Shown one piece after another: positions 25,601-38,800 of a DNA stretch of 64,000 nucleotides. Made by a program: the position numbers and the translations under genes. The notes under the pieces were generated by a model. It made no database searches. It saw only the letters and a list, made by a program, of their open reading frames with translations, and had not been told where the DNA came from. Numbering within the stretch: position 1 is the first letter of the stretch; every line of letters begins with the position of its first letter. Origin of the DNA: Seison nebaliae (taxonomy: Eukaryota); contig JALJEE010000954.1 of assembly GCA_023231475.1 (NCBI GenBank), positions 1 through 64,000 of the forward strand, in the 5' to 3' direction.

Positions 25601-28600
25601 ATGGGAGAGAACGATAATATTATCGATCATAATTATTCTCCCGATGCTCTCCAATTGAACATTGGTAAATTGAGTAAATATTTGTTGGAAGAACAGGAAG
25701 CAGTGAAGAATAATGAAGAATTAGGTGTGAGTCGAATTGATATGTCGAAAGAATGGGAATATGTTCGATTGATGATCAATAAAATATTTTATTCGGAATC
25801 GAAAGAATTTTATTTTGATATTGAACAATCATTGAAATTGATTGAATCTATCATTTCTCAAGGAACGAATTATAAAGAGTTTCATGAAAGATTGAAAAAT
25901 TTTGATGATTCTCAAATTTGTGGATTGTTATGGAATACATCTTATGTGGCTTATCGTTGTCGAACTTGTGGATTGTCGTCATGTATGTCATTATGTTCCG
26001 AATGTTTCCTTAATGGTAATCATGAAGGACATGATTATAATATGTTCAAATCGAATGCAGGTGGTGCTTGTGATTGTGGTGATCCGATGGTATTGAAACC
26101 AAATGGATTCTGTCCCAATCATGGTCCAAATCGTCGTCGATTACCAGCAGCACCAAATAATTTAACGAATGGAATGGAAGTCATTGTTCCTCATATTCTA
26201 TTTACGTTGTTAAGATTTTTGAGATTGAATGTGGTCGATTATTCAGGTTCGTTGCTCAATTTGGAGAAACCGTTTCGTATTCCAATTTTATTGATAACCG
26301 ATGGTGGTAGTGTTGCTCGATCGATTATTGGTCAAATGTTGAATGATTCTGGATTGTATTCACGTGAACGTGAACATTTAATTCAATCACATTTAAAAAG
26401 AAATGTTCCTATTAGTAAATTATTTTTACTTTATGCTGATGGTAGTCGTATGATGAAAGTGGGAAGTGTTGGAAAAGATGATCAAACAAAAGACGATATG
26501 AATGAAGATGAGAATATGAAAGCGATATCTGATGTTGAATCGAATAGTGAAACAGTTCCAAGTGAAAACGAAATATTAAGTGAAGTGGTTGGAATGACTG
26601 ATAATGTGGAAAACACAAAAGAAGAAGAAGATGATGATGTGATGGATTCACAAACAAGTAAAACAAAAAAGAAAGATGTTCCAATAAAGAGATTACCGTT
26701 AGGATATCAAGGACAATTATTGAATGATTGGAAGAAATTTTCGGTAGAAGTTCAATGGTCCAATTGGTTCGTTTGTCCAAAATTATTAGAGAATTATTCT
26801 AATTATATTCCATTCCACCAGACGATGTTGGATGAATTTATGTGGTGGTGTTTCAATTGTGATTTCCATGAAACATTGACCGCCTTTCTTCTCGGATTGT
26901 TACCAGAGAGTGATTACAAAAATATATTAATGACATCATTCACGAAATTCTATCCATATTCTGGTGTACTATTCAAAAATCGACAATTAGACGAAACGAA
27001 AATGAACGATTTAGCTACGAGGATGGTTCATATTTCCGTTCAAATATTTTCAAATTCTCAAGTAATCGGCGAATGTTTAAATGAGAAGATGAATATTCTC
27101 TATCAAATCATCATCGCCGTTTGGTATATTTTAATGATTGACGGTCGAAAACTCTACGAAAAATTGAAGAATGTTAAAGAGATTCCATCCGATGGAATTC
27201 TGGTGCCATTGAAATTATTTCACGATTGGGAGAGTGGAACGCCGTTGCATTTCAATGCGAATCATATCGTCTTAGAAAAGAATTATATGTGGCCAATAAT
27301 TTCGGATATGATCAATGTGTTAAACCATCAGAATGCTTGTGAATGGTTTATGAACGATGAGATTATTCAAACTATTTGGATCGATTTCATCGCTTATTTC
27401 AATGGAATGAACGTGAATATTCGATCATTAGATCAACATGTCGAGCGAGAATCAAGAGAATATTGTTGTTCATTTTCAGCAGAATTACAAAATTGTTGTG
27501 CACCTTTATGGACTCTTGTGCATTATCTGAATAATTTAGATTTATCCATCGAATACAATCTCCATAATTATACGAGATATGTCCGATTAATTGTAGCGAG
27601 ATTAAGAGATTGGTTAATTTCTTGTAAACTTTTGAAATTTCAACGGAAACCACTTAATCCGGAAACTGAAACGATCATTACAGGAAGTGGTTCATTCCGT
27701 TACAATGGAAGAATCTCCGAAAATTCTTATGATAATGATGAATATCGTTTCTCTTTCCATATTCCATTACATCGATCATTATCCATACTTCTTTTTACTC
27801 TAATGAGTAAAAGTAAAAAAGATGATATTAAATCCATTATATTATCCACTTTTGGCGTTCTTCTCAATGAGGAGAAATGCCATGAAAGACAACCATGTGA
27901 TTCAATGTTAATTGTCAATGAAGCAGTCCGAGACGATATGATGGAAAGTCTGGACGTTTATTCGGAATGGAGTGAAGAACACAAAGAATTGACTGATGCA
28001 ATAATGTATCATTCGATTGGTTGTTGGATTGGTTATTCGGAAATAATTTCAAATTTATGGACAAAAAATGGAATTCAAATGAAATCACAAGCAATCACTT
28101 ATATTCATCCACATTTCTGTGCTTCCATTGCTGATGCTGATCTATTCCTTATACAAACGTTATGTCTCGAACCTACACGTTCATTAGAAGAGAAATCGAA
28201 GTTTTTAGAGAATTTATTCAAACGATTCCATCTTCACGAAATCATCACATTGAGCGAAGCGAGAAATATCGGAATTCAACGAACTTACGGACGAATTCAT
28301 CAAGAGAAAGGACGTGAAATGATCGAACAATTTCTCCTTTTTATCTCCTATTTTACATTCATCGTACCAAATTTACATATTCAAGATTACGAAGCAACTC
28401 GACGTGAAGTAATTGCCATTTTAGCAATGGATCAACGAACATATTCTCAAATCGAAGATCTCCTCCCTGATACATGTGTAGTGAGTGATTCGAAGAAATA
28501 TTTAAGTGAAGTGTTAGAAGAAGTGGCAGATTTCCATTACGCTTCACAGAAGACTCAAGGAACTTATTCGTTAAAGAATGATATTTGGATCGATGAATAT

Positions 28601-31600
28601 GATCCGATATTCGTTCGATTACGATCATCATATAAACGATATTTTCAAGAATCAGTGAATAATTATGAGAAAGCTATTCGACATGTTCGTAGTAGTGAAT
28701 GGTCGAAAGATGATATTAATAATATGAATGTCCCATGGATTCCATATAGACCATATTTACCATCTACATCGTTTGGTAATCGAAGAAGAAATTTAATCGA
28801 ATTTATTTCATCCAAATCTTTCATGTCAATTACTGCCATGATTCTTTATATGCATAATGAATCCATTATGAAATTAAATGAATATACTTTGGCTTTATTA
28901 ATTCATCTAATCGGGACAGTTGTCGATTATAACGAAAAAACACCGTTATTATTTGAAACGAAAACTCCTGAACACATTTCTGATGACGATGATGGTGCGA
29001 AAGAAGAAATTTTAATTTTCGATCGTCCCACCACCTGGTTTCCACATGCTACCAGTCTCTTAGAGATATTATTTACTCCATTACATGTCATTCGATTATT
29101 CGAAGTTGATGAAGATATGGATTTGGAGAACGATTTGAATTCGGAAGAAACCGAATCAAATTGTGACGCCGAAATGAAAGTTGTTTATGATTTTACTCGA
29201 TTTACAACTGATGAATTGAAATTACAAGTGAATATGGGACCAGAAGTCGAAGATATTCTCCTACAAGGTAAACCATATTTCTACGATTATCATACAACAC
29301 GACGATTAAGAATTAATGAAATTAATCTTTTTGGTATTTCAATATTTGAATTAATTTGTTGTCTATACGAACAATTGGAGAAAACGGTGAATATTAATTA
29401 TCTTGACAATTCGAACAAAATCGCTTCACGTTCTATTCATCGAATTCGAAATCATCAATGTGGTAACGGGAAAGCGAATGTCGCATCGTTACTTTTACGA
29501 ATTAAAGATTATGCTGAGAAATATAATTCTCATATTCACAAGAAAGTAACTGATCGATTAGATGGAATTTCAAATAAATATCATCCGAAAACCGACCACA
29601 AAATTCGAACTAAACTTGCAAAAATTTTCAAAATTGATCAACCGCCAAATTTGGATGAAATGAAAGATGGGAAAAGTTTAGCGAGTGAAGCATTCAGTTC
29701 AATCAATTTAGATAGACAACCATCAGCAATTGAAGTGAATAAAAAAATTGAAAGACGACAAAAAATGATGAATAAAATAAAAGCAAGTCAAAATAAATTT
29801 ATGTTCAATTGTGTGAAAGAGGGAAAGAATGAGAAAGAGGAGAAGAAAGAAAGAACTGAAGTACAACAAAAGATAATTGAACGAGGTGTTCACATATCTC
29901 ATTTATCATCTATCATCGATTCGGATAAAGAGGAACCACAAACTCTTCCTACCACCACTGAAACAATTTCATCTCTTCCAATTCCTTCCGGTAATGACGA
30001 TAAATGTTGTATCTGTTTCATGAATAATGGTCAACCACTCGGTCTTTTGTGTTATGCAACGACATCATCACTCTTATCATTTCGAGAGCCAAATGAATGT
30101 TTTGGTAATGAGATTATTATGGAACGTGCAGCACTTCCATTAAGTGAATCGTCGTTACAATCTGTTCCATCTAATTGTCGTGAATTAATGAAAATGAATG
30201 GACCACCACCACATCATGATTTGAAATATGCTGCACATGAAAGTCGTCGATTTAGCATTCTTCGTCATCTTTATGGAAAAAATGGAGTTTACAGTGTAAA
30301 TTATTTAGGAGCTTTGGAGAATTTTTACTACGTGACATGTGGACATGTTTTCCATTCGATCTGTCTAAAATCATACACTCAATCAATTCGATTTCGATCA
30401 TCTTATACGATTGCTGCAAGAGAACTTCAATGTCCAACTTGTCGTCAATTGAGTAATAAATTGTTATTGTTACCATCATCATTACCATATGTGGCATGTG
30501 AACGATTTATTGGAGATCCGTTCCGTTACACACACAGAAGTCGAACACACAGTCAACTCAAAGATTCTCTCAAGGACAATATAGGATCAAATTCAGGAAA
30601 AGAATTTGAAATTAAATCATCAAAATATTCTGGAAAAATCACTTTGAAAACTTCAACAAAAACTGGAGGATCGTTACGATCGGGAACGAAAGAAGATTTA
30701 GAAATGAATGTTAATAATTCTGCTCAAGAGATACAGGAAGAAGATGAAGAACAAATGGAAGAGAAAATTGAAAAAGAAGAAATAGAAGAGAAAATTGAAG
30801 AAGAAGAAATAGAAGATAAAATCGAGGAAGAAGAATTAGAGGAAATGGAAGAAGAAGAAGAAAAAGAAAAAGTTTCGGGAAGATATTCGAAAGACAAATA
30901 TTCAAATGAATATCCAATTGAAGAGTCGTTGGGAGAATTAGAGAAAATTTCAAATGAAGAATCGTTGAAGAATTCGGGAAAATATGGTGAAGATCAATCT
31001 CCAAAAACATTAGAAGAAGAAGAAAAAGAAGGATCGTTAAAGAGTTCGTTAAAAAAAGAGAAAGAAGAATTATCAAAAAAATCGGATGAAGTGACCAAAT
31101 CGTCGAGAAAAGATTCGAAAAAGAATAAAAATTTGAATAAAGTAAAAACGATTTTTGATGTATTGGATGATGATGAAGTGATGCAACTTCAAATGTTATT
31201 ACAATTGACAAAGAATTATGATGACATCTCATCGAAAGATCAATATTTTGCTGATAAAAGAAACGATATCTCTATTCCTATCAATTTCGCTGATAGTGAC
31301 GTTCTTGAAATGTTACCCAATTATTATAAGACTCAAAATAAGAATCTTTTTACTATCGACCAAACTGACATAACATCACATTTTGAAGAATGTATGAAGA
31401 TCTTATTAGATCTGGGTAATGTGCGACGTTCATTAGAAACTTACACAAAAAATTTGTCTACACCAGAACATCGAGATATTATTTTATTACCAGCAGCATT
31501 ACGTTCTCAATTAGAATTCATTTTACAAAATCAACGATCAGTCACTTCAGTCCTTCCTACACTTCTCCACCTTTTAATTAATCTTCATAAACATTTGGAA

Positions 31601-33561
31601 GAGAAAAGTAGTTTTATTCGTCCATTCAATATCATTCTTTCATTAAATCCTCATCTCGTACCATATCGACCAACAGTTAATCAATCATCAAAATATCCTG
31701 ATCTTGTATCGATGTATATCGATTTAGCTCCGATGGATTTCGATGAGAAATTTCATTTAGCCGAACCAATTTTCCATTATTGGCTTCTAAAAGAAGGAGA
31801 TGATGTTGAAGGAATTCGAATGATACAACGTCTCTTATCATTACATGCACGTCGACATCCGATACGTCGTCGTGTTAATTGTTTGTGGTTGGATCCAATA
31901 ATGACTACTCTATATTTCCTTCTCGCCTCTTTACATCCCAATGTGACGGACGAACGAGCAAAACGAAATAATATTTTCATGTTCAAATATTTCTTAAAAT
32001 TAGTTTTCGCTTCCGTTCAAGCGCAAGCAATCGTGTCATTTATTGTAGCTGGATTATATGGCGAACATAATAATGAGAATAATAATGATAAGAAATTTGA
32101 TGATCATCTCCAAATATTATTCAATATTGCTTTCGACCAATTTAAACATGATCCGAAAAATCATTTAAAAGACGATGAATTTTCTATAAATAATTTCTTG
32201 TTGAATTCAATGGAATTTTCCAATAGGAAAGACATTCCCCCAAATTTATCGAAGACTTTCAATTTCTCCCAATTGTCTCATATCGATTATCTTCAAAAAC
32301 GATGTATGTCATTTCTGCGAATGATGGTAGCATTATATTATGAAGGTATCACTCAACTCAATGTTGTTAAAGAGAATTATTATCAACATTTATTGAATAA
32401 TGCTACTTTCAATGAACTATGTGAAGAAATGGATCTGCAGAATCATAATTATTTCCAACCACTAAAAACAATTGAATTGAAAAAGAATTTTGAAAGTTTC
32501 CTTCATCGCTTCAAACGATGGACTAAAAATGTTAATTTTATTCTTCTCAATTATCTTCTATTAATCTTATTGTTTAGTTGAATAAAACGTTCGTCGATTT
32601 ACATTGGTCAGATCTGGAAAGGTATGTCGACGTTCCAACGGATTCTGGTAAGAGTCCCGATCATTGCATCGCTCCCAATTGGTTGGAAAGACAAATATTT
32701 TCACGATCATTAACTTTATCCAGTTAGTTTCATAATGATTAATGGATAATTTCAAAAATTTAATTTTAGAAATTTGGCAAGAAGACAAACTTAAAATAGA
32801 ATCACGATTGAAGAAACAATTCATCTTATTAGTTCACTTTTTTTCAAATCTTCTTTTCATTTTAATCTTACGAAATCTTTTAGTGTTTGTCATGTCCTAC
32901 ATTGAATTGGAGAAAAGCGAAACTGTTGAAACTACCCGAATTATATTCGCAAATGTTTCAAGAATTTTATAAAATCAAATGTATCTTCTGCCAACAAGAA
33001 CGATCGGACGAAACTTACGTGTGTCTCGTATGTGGAGAAGCATTTCAAAATAAAAATTGTTGTACAGCGATGGACTTAAGGAAAGCAAGAGTTAATTTAA
33101 CTTTTTTAGTTTTATTAATTCTCTTTCATAAAATTTAGCATTTATCTGGATGTGGTTCTTCCTGTATGATTTATTTGGATATTATGAGCACGAGAGTGAA
33201 AGTAGTCAGATCGCAAACTTATCTCTATTTATGGTCGTCTCTATATTTGGATGAACATTTCGAAGAAGATAAACTTTTAAAGTTTTCTTTTAAATTTTTA
33301 TACATTATTAAACAATTCCTTCTCTCAATTGGTAGAAGGGGAAAACCGTTATATTTAGACAACAAACGATTCGAATTATTAGAAGAGAATTGGCAACAAC
33401 ATAAACTTCATATTACTACACCAGACACGTACGCGTCTCTATGGCCGAAACAAGACGATTTTGCAGGACGTCGTTTAGACTTCACAGCTATGCAGCAAGA
33501 CCTCAGGAATTTGATTGATAACGATCCTTTCGAAGAAGTGAGTGACGATGAAGAATTGTAA
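25601..33561 (+). CDS. UBR3: E3 ubiquitin ligase UBR3 (UBR box + RING); ~6.9-kb first coding exon plus short 3' exons
   Basis: UBR box ICGLLWNTSYVAYRCRTCGLSSCMSLCSECF...GHDYNMFKSNAGGACDCGD..LKPNGFCPNHG; FSFHIPLHR; LWTKNGIQM; split RING CCIC...TCGHVFHSIC...LQCPTCRQLSN; C-terminal LWSSLYLDEHFEED...RRGKPLYLD. Confidence 0.93.
30758..30838 (+). repeat. 27-bp coding tandem repeat x3 (EEKIEKEEI/EEKIEEEEI/EDKIEEEEL) within UBR3
   Basis: GAAGAGAAAATTGAAAAAGAAGAAATA / GAAGAGAAAATTGAAGAAGAAGAAATA / GAAGATAAAATCGAGGAAGAAGAATTA. Confidence 0.85.
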
Positions 33562-33648
33562 GAAGAAATTTATTAACAAATTGGAGAATTATGAATAAAA
33601 AATTGATTTTCTATTTATGAAATTTTAGAAAAATAAATTTAAAAATTT

Positions 33649-34018
33649 TCACTTTCCTTTACGTCGACGACTACCTTTTCGAGATCTACTTCTTGATTTA
33701 TTTTTTCTTGTTTTTACTTTCTTTCTTGGTTTTCTCTTGAGTTTTGGTGGACGTTCATATATTTGATTCACTTCACAAAATGCTAATTCCTTCAATATTT
33801 TATTATCTCGTTTATCTTGAGCGAAGTCGATTCGACGACTTTTCATATCAGCCAACATCCGTCTCATATGAGTGATTTGTTCTTAAACAAGAATAAAGAA
33901 TTTCGGAAGAAATTAAAAAAATTCAACGATTATGTACGGCTAAATAGTCTTTTGAAAACACTTCAATTAATTTTGTTTCGTTAACGAAAGTTGTATTCGG
34001 TTTCTTTTTTGTTGTCAT
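33649..34018 (-). CDS. Small basic orphan protein (~107 aa) with protamine-like Arg/Lys/Ser tail; 2 exons
   Basis: MTTKKKPNTTFVNETKLIEVFSKDYLAVHN joins through one GTT..AAG intron, in frame, to QITHMRRMLAD...KRKPRKKVKTRKNKSRSRSRKGSRRRKGK*. Confidence 0.7.
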
Positions 34019-34299
34019 TTTACCGAATATCTTCTTAAATTTGAAATTGCGGAAGGAGAATGTTCCAATTAATCGAGCTTATAATTATTTAAATTCTTCA
34101 AAAATACATTTACAACTTTTTCCAAACAATAATAGACAATTAGATTTTCAAATTTTAAACAACAATAATTACCACAATTTGTACATATATTAAGCTTAGA
34201 ATTTAAAATTAATAATATTAATAAAATTTACTCTAATTCCTTTCGCTCTCTAGTCTATCCAATAGAAATTAATTTTAATTTTAGTAATTCCAATTACTG

Positions 34300-34617
34300 A
34301 TGGCGAATAGTTGGTTAATATTTGGTTTGACGTTAATAATTCATTCGGCATATTCTGCCGCAAGATATCGGTCATACATTCGCTTAACGACCGAATCAAC
34401 CGAAGATGAAAATCAATCATTACCATATGATATTTTACTGGAAGCGATAATCGGTTTAATAATCGTTATTTACGGTTCGATGGCGAGCAGTTTCCGACAA
34501 TTCAAATCGTTGAATATCGCTTCGGAATTCAAAGGAAAGACTTGGGACTCCACTGGAAATAGATTAAATTTTGCACATTTTTCTCACTATAACCAGCGAG
34601 CTATTAACATAAAATAA
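34300..34617 (+). CDS. MMGT1: ER membrane protein complex subunit 5 / membrane magnesium transporter 1
   Basis: LIIHSAYSAARYRSY...LPYDILLE...TWDSTGNRLNFAHFSH with two TM helices; 105 aa, intronless. Confidence 0.92.
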   Translation: MANSWLIFGLTLIIHSAYSAARYRSYIRLTTESTEDENQSLPYDILLEAIIGLIIVIYGSMASSFRQFKSLNIASEFKGKTWDSTGNRLNFAHFSHYNQRAINIK

Positions 34618-34835
34618 TTTTATTCTTATTCACAAATTCCTTTGGCTTTTTCTAATCATTGTAAAAATTAATAAACATGTTTGTTATGTCAATTATTTCT
34701 TCACAAGTAATATTTTTCTTATTCTTTTCTCTTTTATTTCAATGAGAATTTTTTCAATGTTTTAAACATTTATAAAAATTTTTGACTTAAAATAAAATTT
34801 TGAAAGTTAAACGAACGAGGAAAATATTTGATAAA

Positions 34836-35582
34836 TTAATGATCATAATCAATGAGCGTTCCATTATCCAAATGTTCATTTTCGAATTTAGAATTTTTTG
34901 TTCTTCTCGGTCGTTTCCTTTTCTTAACCTGACTGACCATTTTCGGTCGGTTGATACTTAGTTGACGATATTCTTCAGCATTAGTCGGATCATTTGGTGG
35001 TAAGCCACAAGATCTCCAAATATTTTTGAATTCTTCATTAATGTCAAGATGAACACAATTCTTATAGAAGACGATTCCTTGTTTGTTGTTAGTTTTTGGA
35101 CAATAGACATGACACATATCTTGCAATTTTAAAGAGTCGATACAATTTTGAGCATTTCCAGTTGATTCTTTCAAATCTTCTACCAATATTCCTCCTTGTC
35201 CATGATTGAAATGTTCCATTAATTTTACATATAAATCTGTGTGATCTTTTATTGCCAAAGGAGGCTTATATCGAAAACATAACCGTTTCCTTTCAGTTCG
35301 ATTTTGAATTCTCGGATTATTACAAAGACTCGATCGTACTTGATTTTTCTCTTCGATCGAAATTCGTGTATGATCAATTTCACCCAATATTTCATCTAAT
35401 GATAAATATGTGGTCTTATCTTCAAAATGTCTCGCTTTCATATGTCCCATTATATCAAGAAATATTTCACTCGCACGTTGAAGAATCGTCAATCTCTTCT
35501 TTTCCGGAGCAGCATCAACATAACCAGTTAACTCTCGTTTTTTAAATGCATTTAACGAACTCTTCAAATTTTTGTGCATCAT
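34836..35582 (-). CDS. GTF2E2: General transcription factor IIE subunit beta
   Basis: LNAFKKR, LSLDEIL, LCNNPRI, FRYKPPLAIKD, GQGGILVEDLKES, NEEFKNIWRS and the basic C-terminus with NEHLD..LIDY; intronless. Confidence 0.9.
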   Translation of the reverse strand: MMHKNLKSSLNAFKKRELTGYVDAAPEKKRLTILQRASEIFLDIMGHMKARHFEDKTTYLSLDEILGEIDHTRISIEEKNQVRSSLCNNPRIQNRTERKRLCFRYKPPLAIKDHTDLYVKLMEHFNHGQGGILVEDLKESTGNAQNCIDSLKLQDMCHVYCPKTNNKQGIVFYKNCVHLDINEEFKNIWRSCGLPPNDPTNAEEYRQLSINRPKMVSQVKKRKRPRRTKNSKFENEHLDNGTLIDYDH

Positions 35583-35713
35583 TCACTATTTATAAGATGA
35601 AATGAAGGAAATCAAAAAATTATTTTTTATCAATTCTCTTTCTGTTAAAGCCAAAAGTTTAAGTTTATAATTCTCACTGAACATTCGTGATAATTGAGAA
35701 ATGTGATTATGTA

Positions 35714-35727
35714 AATGTCATGGTTAC
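35714..35727. promoter_or_regulatory. Candidate RFX X-box upstream of DLEC1
   Basis: AATGTCATGGTTAC (reverse complement GTAACCATGACATT), about 75 bp before the ATG of a ciliary gene. Confidence 0.5.
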
Positions 35728-35800
35728 GAACTAGAAAGAAAAATTATATTAATATCATAAGTATAATAGAGGTAAATAATCAAGGAAACATCTGTTTGAA

Positions 35801-38800
35801 ATGTCGTTAAGTGATGATGAATTGAGAAAGCAATCGATTATTCCTGCTTATCAATCATTATCATTTGATCCATCTTTCGAAAGTGGTTTCATCGTACCTG
35901 AAGAAAGGAATAATGTGATCGATTCAAATATCGTTCCAATCATAGCGAGAATTTTCAAGTTGATCCATTCCAAATGAATTTTAAATCAAAAATTTTTGTC
36001 TTTAGAAAATATGGACGTGAACGAATACATCATTTCCATCTTGATTCGCCAAAAAGTGATACTTCAGTTTCTCGCATCAAAAACATTTCGATTGCAACAC
36101 AAGAAGAAGATGATCATTATTCTCAACAACTTCTCGAAGTAAACTCGATTTTTCTCATTTGAAAAAATAATTCTTTGTAGATTCAGGAAGAAGCTAATCG
36201 AAGATTCAGTTTATTATCTTCCATGGAAATTGCAACTTTTTCCGATTGTTATTGCTCTTTTTTCTATTCTCTCATAATTCTATTTTCTACTTAAATAGTA
36301 CCAATAATTAATTTAGTTCACTTGGAAAAATCATTGCAATCCATGAATTATAGTCGTTAGCATTAATTGATATAGAGAAAGAATATTGTTATTATTTCTT
36401 AAAATAATTGTTAGACAATACTTTCCAATTTTCTCCTCGAAATTTGGTAACTCCTAAAGTTTAATTTAGAATAAATATGAATATAATCTGAATTTTAAAA
36501 ATTATATTGTTGAATTGAATAGCCAAAATCTGCAGAACGTCATGAAGTTAATTATTTTGAAAGGAAAAAACCGCAATGGCACGATACATTAAAGAAACCG
36601 CCATGTCACAGGTATATCACAAAGATTTCTTAGTGATTTTATGAATTTCTTGTCATTTTAAAGTCATACTAGAGATATGAAGAAATCGCAATTCTCAATC
36701 GAATTTTCTCCATCGATTGTAATTTTTGACGAATTTGAAATTGGTCGTTTATATGAGAAGAAAGTAGTCGTTAGAAACCGTTCAACATCATCGAAAATGT
36801 TGAGAATTCGTCGATTTCCAACCACATCCAATTTCGTCATATTTTTCTGTTCGATTTTTTTTTTCAAAAAAAAAACTTTGTTATTCAATTCGAACAGATG
36901 AAGACGCCCATATTTATATACATAAAGAACGACGAGTTACCTTAAAATGTGGATCGACGAAAGAATTTACTATCCAATTTTTCGCTAAAACATTAGCGGG
37001 TGTCATTGACTTCGTAGAATTTTCTTACGGTGACGCTTATCATTCTACTGCAGCTCCAGCATTGGTACAACTGAAATTGATTGCGAAATTAATTCCACCA
37101 ATTTTGACACTTCCCACCGACTTATCTTTACCTCCGACTCTCCTTTATGGGAAGGAGAATTATAAGAGATATGTCATTTGCAATGTTGGTGGTAGTGGTC
37201 GATTTACTATTGTTCCATGTGAAGAAGAAATATCGTCTATGAATAAGGAAAGTAATGAAGAATCTTCAAATCAAACTCCTGTTGAAGAGTTTGAGGAGAA
37301 GAGCGAAAAGAAGATGGAAGTAAATTTACGGAATATGAGTGGTATCAATTTACAAACGAATCATTTTATTCTAAAAGGTCTCAGAAGTATTGAACGGTTA
37401 AAAGAGAATATTTCAGAAGTCTTAAAAAAAAGATGTGGAATTTTGAGTAATTATACAACGAAACAATATCGAACATTGACTGATATGGATCAATATCAAC
37501 AAATTCCATTATTGTTATCCGTCATAAAGAGCGAGAATAAAAATGAGATTTTATTAAAATCATTACAAGAAATGAATCTGGTGCAAATTATTCATCTTCA
37601 ATTTATCCCTAAAAATGAAGGAATTCATCGACAAAAATTTAAAATTATTTCAGATAATTGTAATATTCGCTATTTTTCTGTAAATGGTTTCAACTTGATC
37701 ACTTAAATTTTTCCTGTATTACGCAATTTGAAGGTGAAGGAGTTATACCAAAATTCCAGATTTCTCGTGGAGACATAGAAGATGACGACATCTTGCAGCA
37801 TGGACAAACGTTGACTTATACTTCAGGCAACTTACCCAGACAAACCGTTTCATTGACACTCAACATGAAAAATTTGACATGTGTCTCAGTTCCATATAGC
37901 TGGAAGCAGGGTGATCAAACTAATGGTTGTTTTAACATAAAACCGAAAGAAATTGAGGTTGAGTCTAACGCCCTTGTTAAATTCCAAGTATGTTTCAATT
38001 CGAAAAATGTTAAATTTCTCTTGAAATTTTCTTCAAATTTGACTTTTGTAATTTTAGTTAGATGTTGAATCAAAACAAACTTTCCAATTATTTCAGACAA
38101 TCAATAGAAATGTTGAAGAATATCAGTCGATTGAAAGTTCGTTAAATTCTTTTTTTTTAAATTTATTCTTTGTATTAAAGATATTCCTTTATTCGAATTC
38201 AATATCGTGGGAGAATGTTCATCTCCTATTCTGGAAATGGATCCACCAATCTTGTCATTTGGACCACAAATTCCGTTGAACATGTGGACGAAAGAGACTC
38301 TTATCGTTCCCTTTATAATTATTTATTTTATTTTAATTATTTATTAGATAAGAAACAGTGGAAAAGTACCAGCAACCGTCTTAACAAATATCAAAACTTC
38401 AACCAAATTATTTGATTTAGAAGTCGGCATCAGGAATTCTAATAAAGGAAGCCTAAAAAATCAAGAAATTATTAGTTCATTAAATGTGGGCGAAGATGTG
38501 GAAATAGAAGTCTGGATCAGAGCACGGAAACGATTATCAGAAATTGATGATCCCGAATTTTTTGTTGATCTTCCTTCTCTGGGCATGGTGAAGCAAACGG
38601 TAACTGTAGAAGAATTGACTTGGAATTGGGAGACTCCGATGCAGGGCAGTTTTACTGTTCGTATATTTCAATCATTCATATATTAATTTCTGGTTTTAGC
38701 CGTCATCATTTTTGGTGGACGATTTCGAAATTGATTTTGGTGATATTTCTTATACGATCGATCCTGATGTATCGGAACATCGAGAAATCAAAATAATCAA

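Noticed and set aside
25902..31986. Short alternative-frame and antisense ORFs nested in UBR3 (likewise in DLEC1, the caspase and the vWA gene)
   Set aside because: These are shadows of the real CDS and its GAA-rich codon bias, with no independent motifs.
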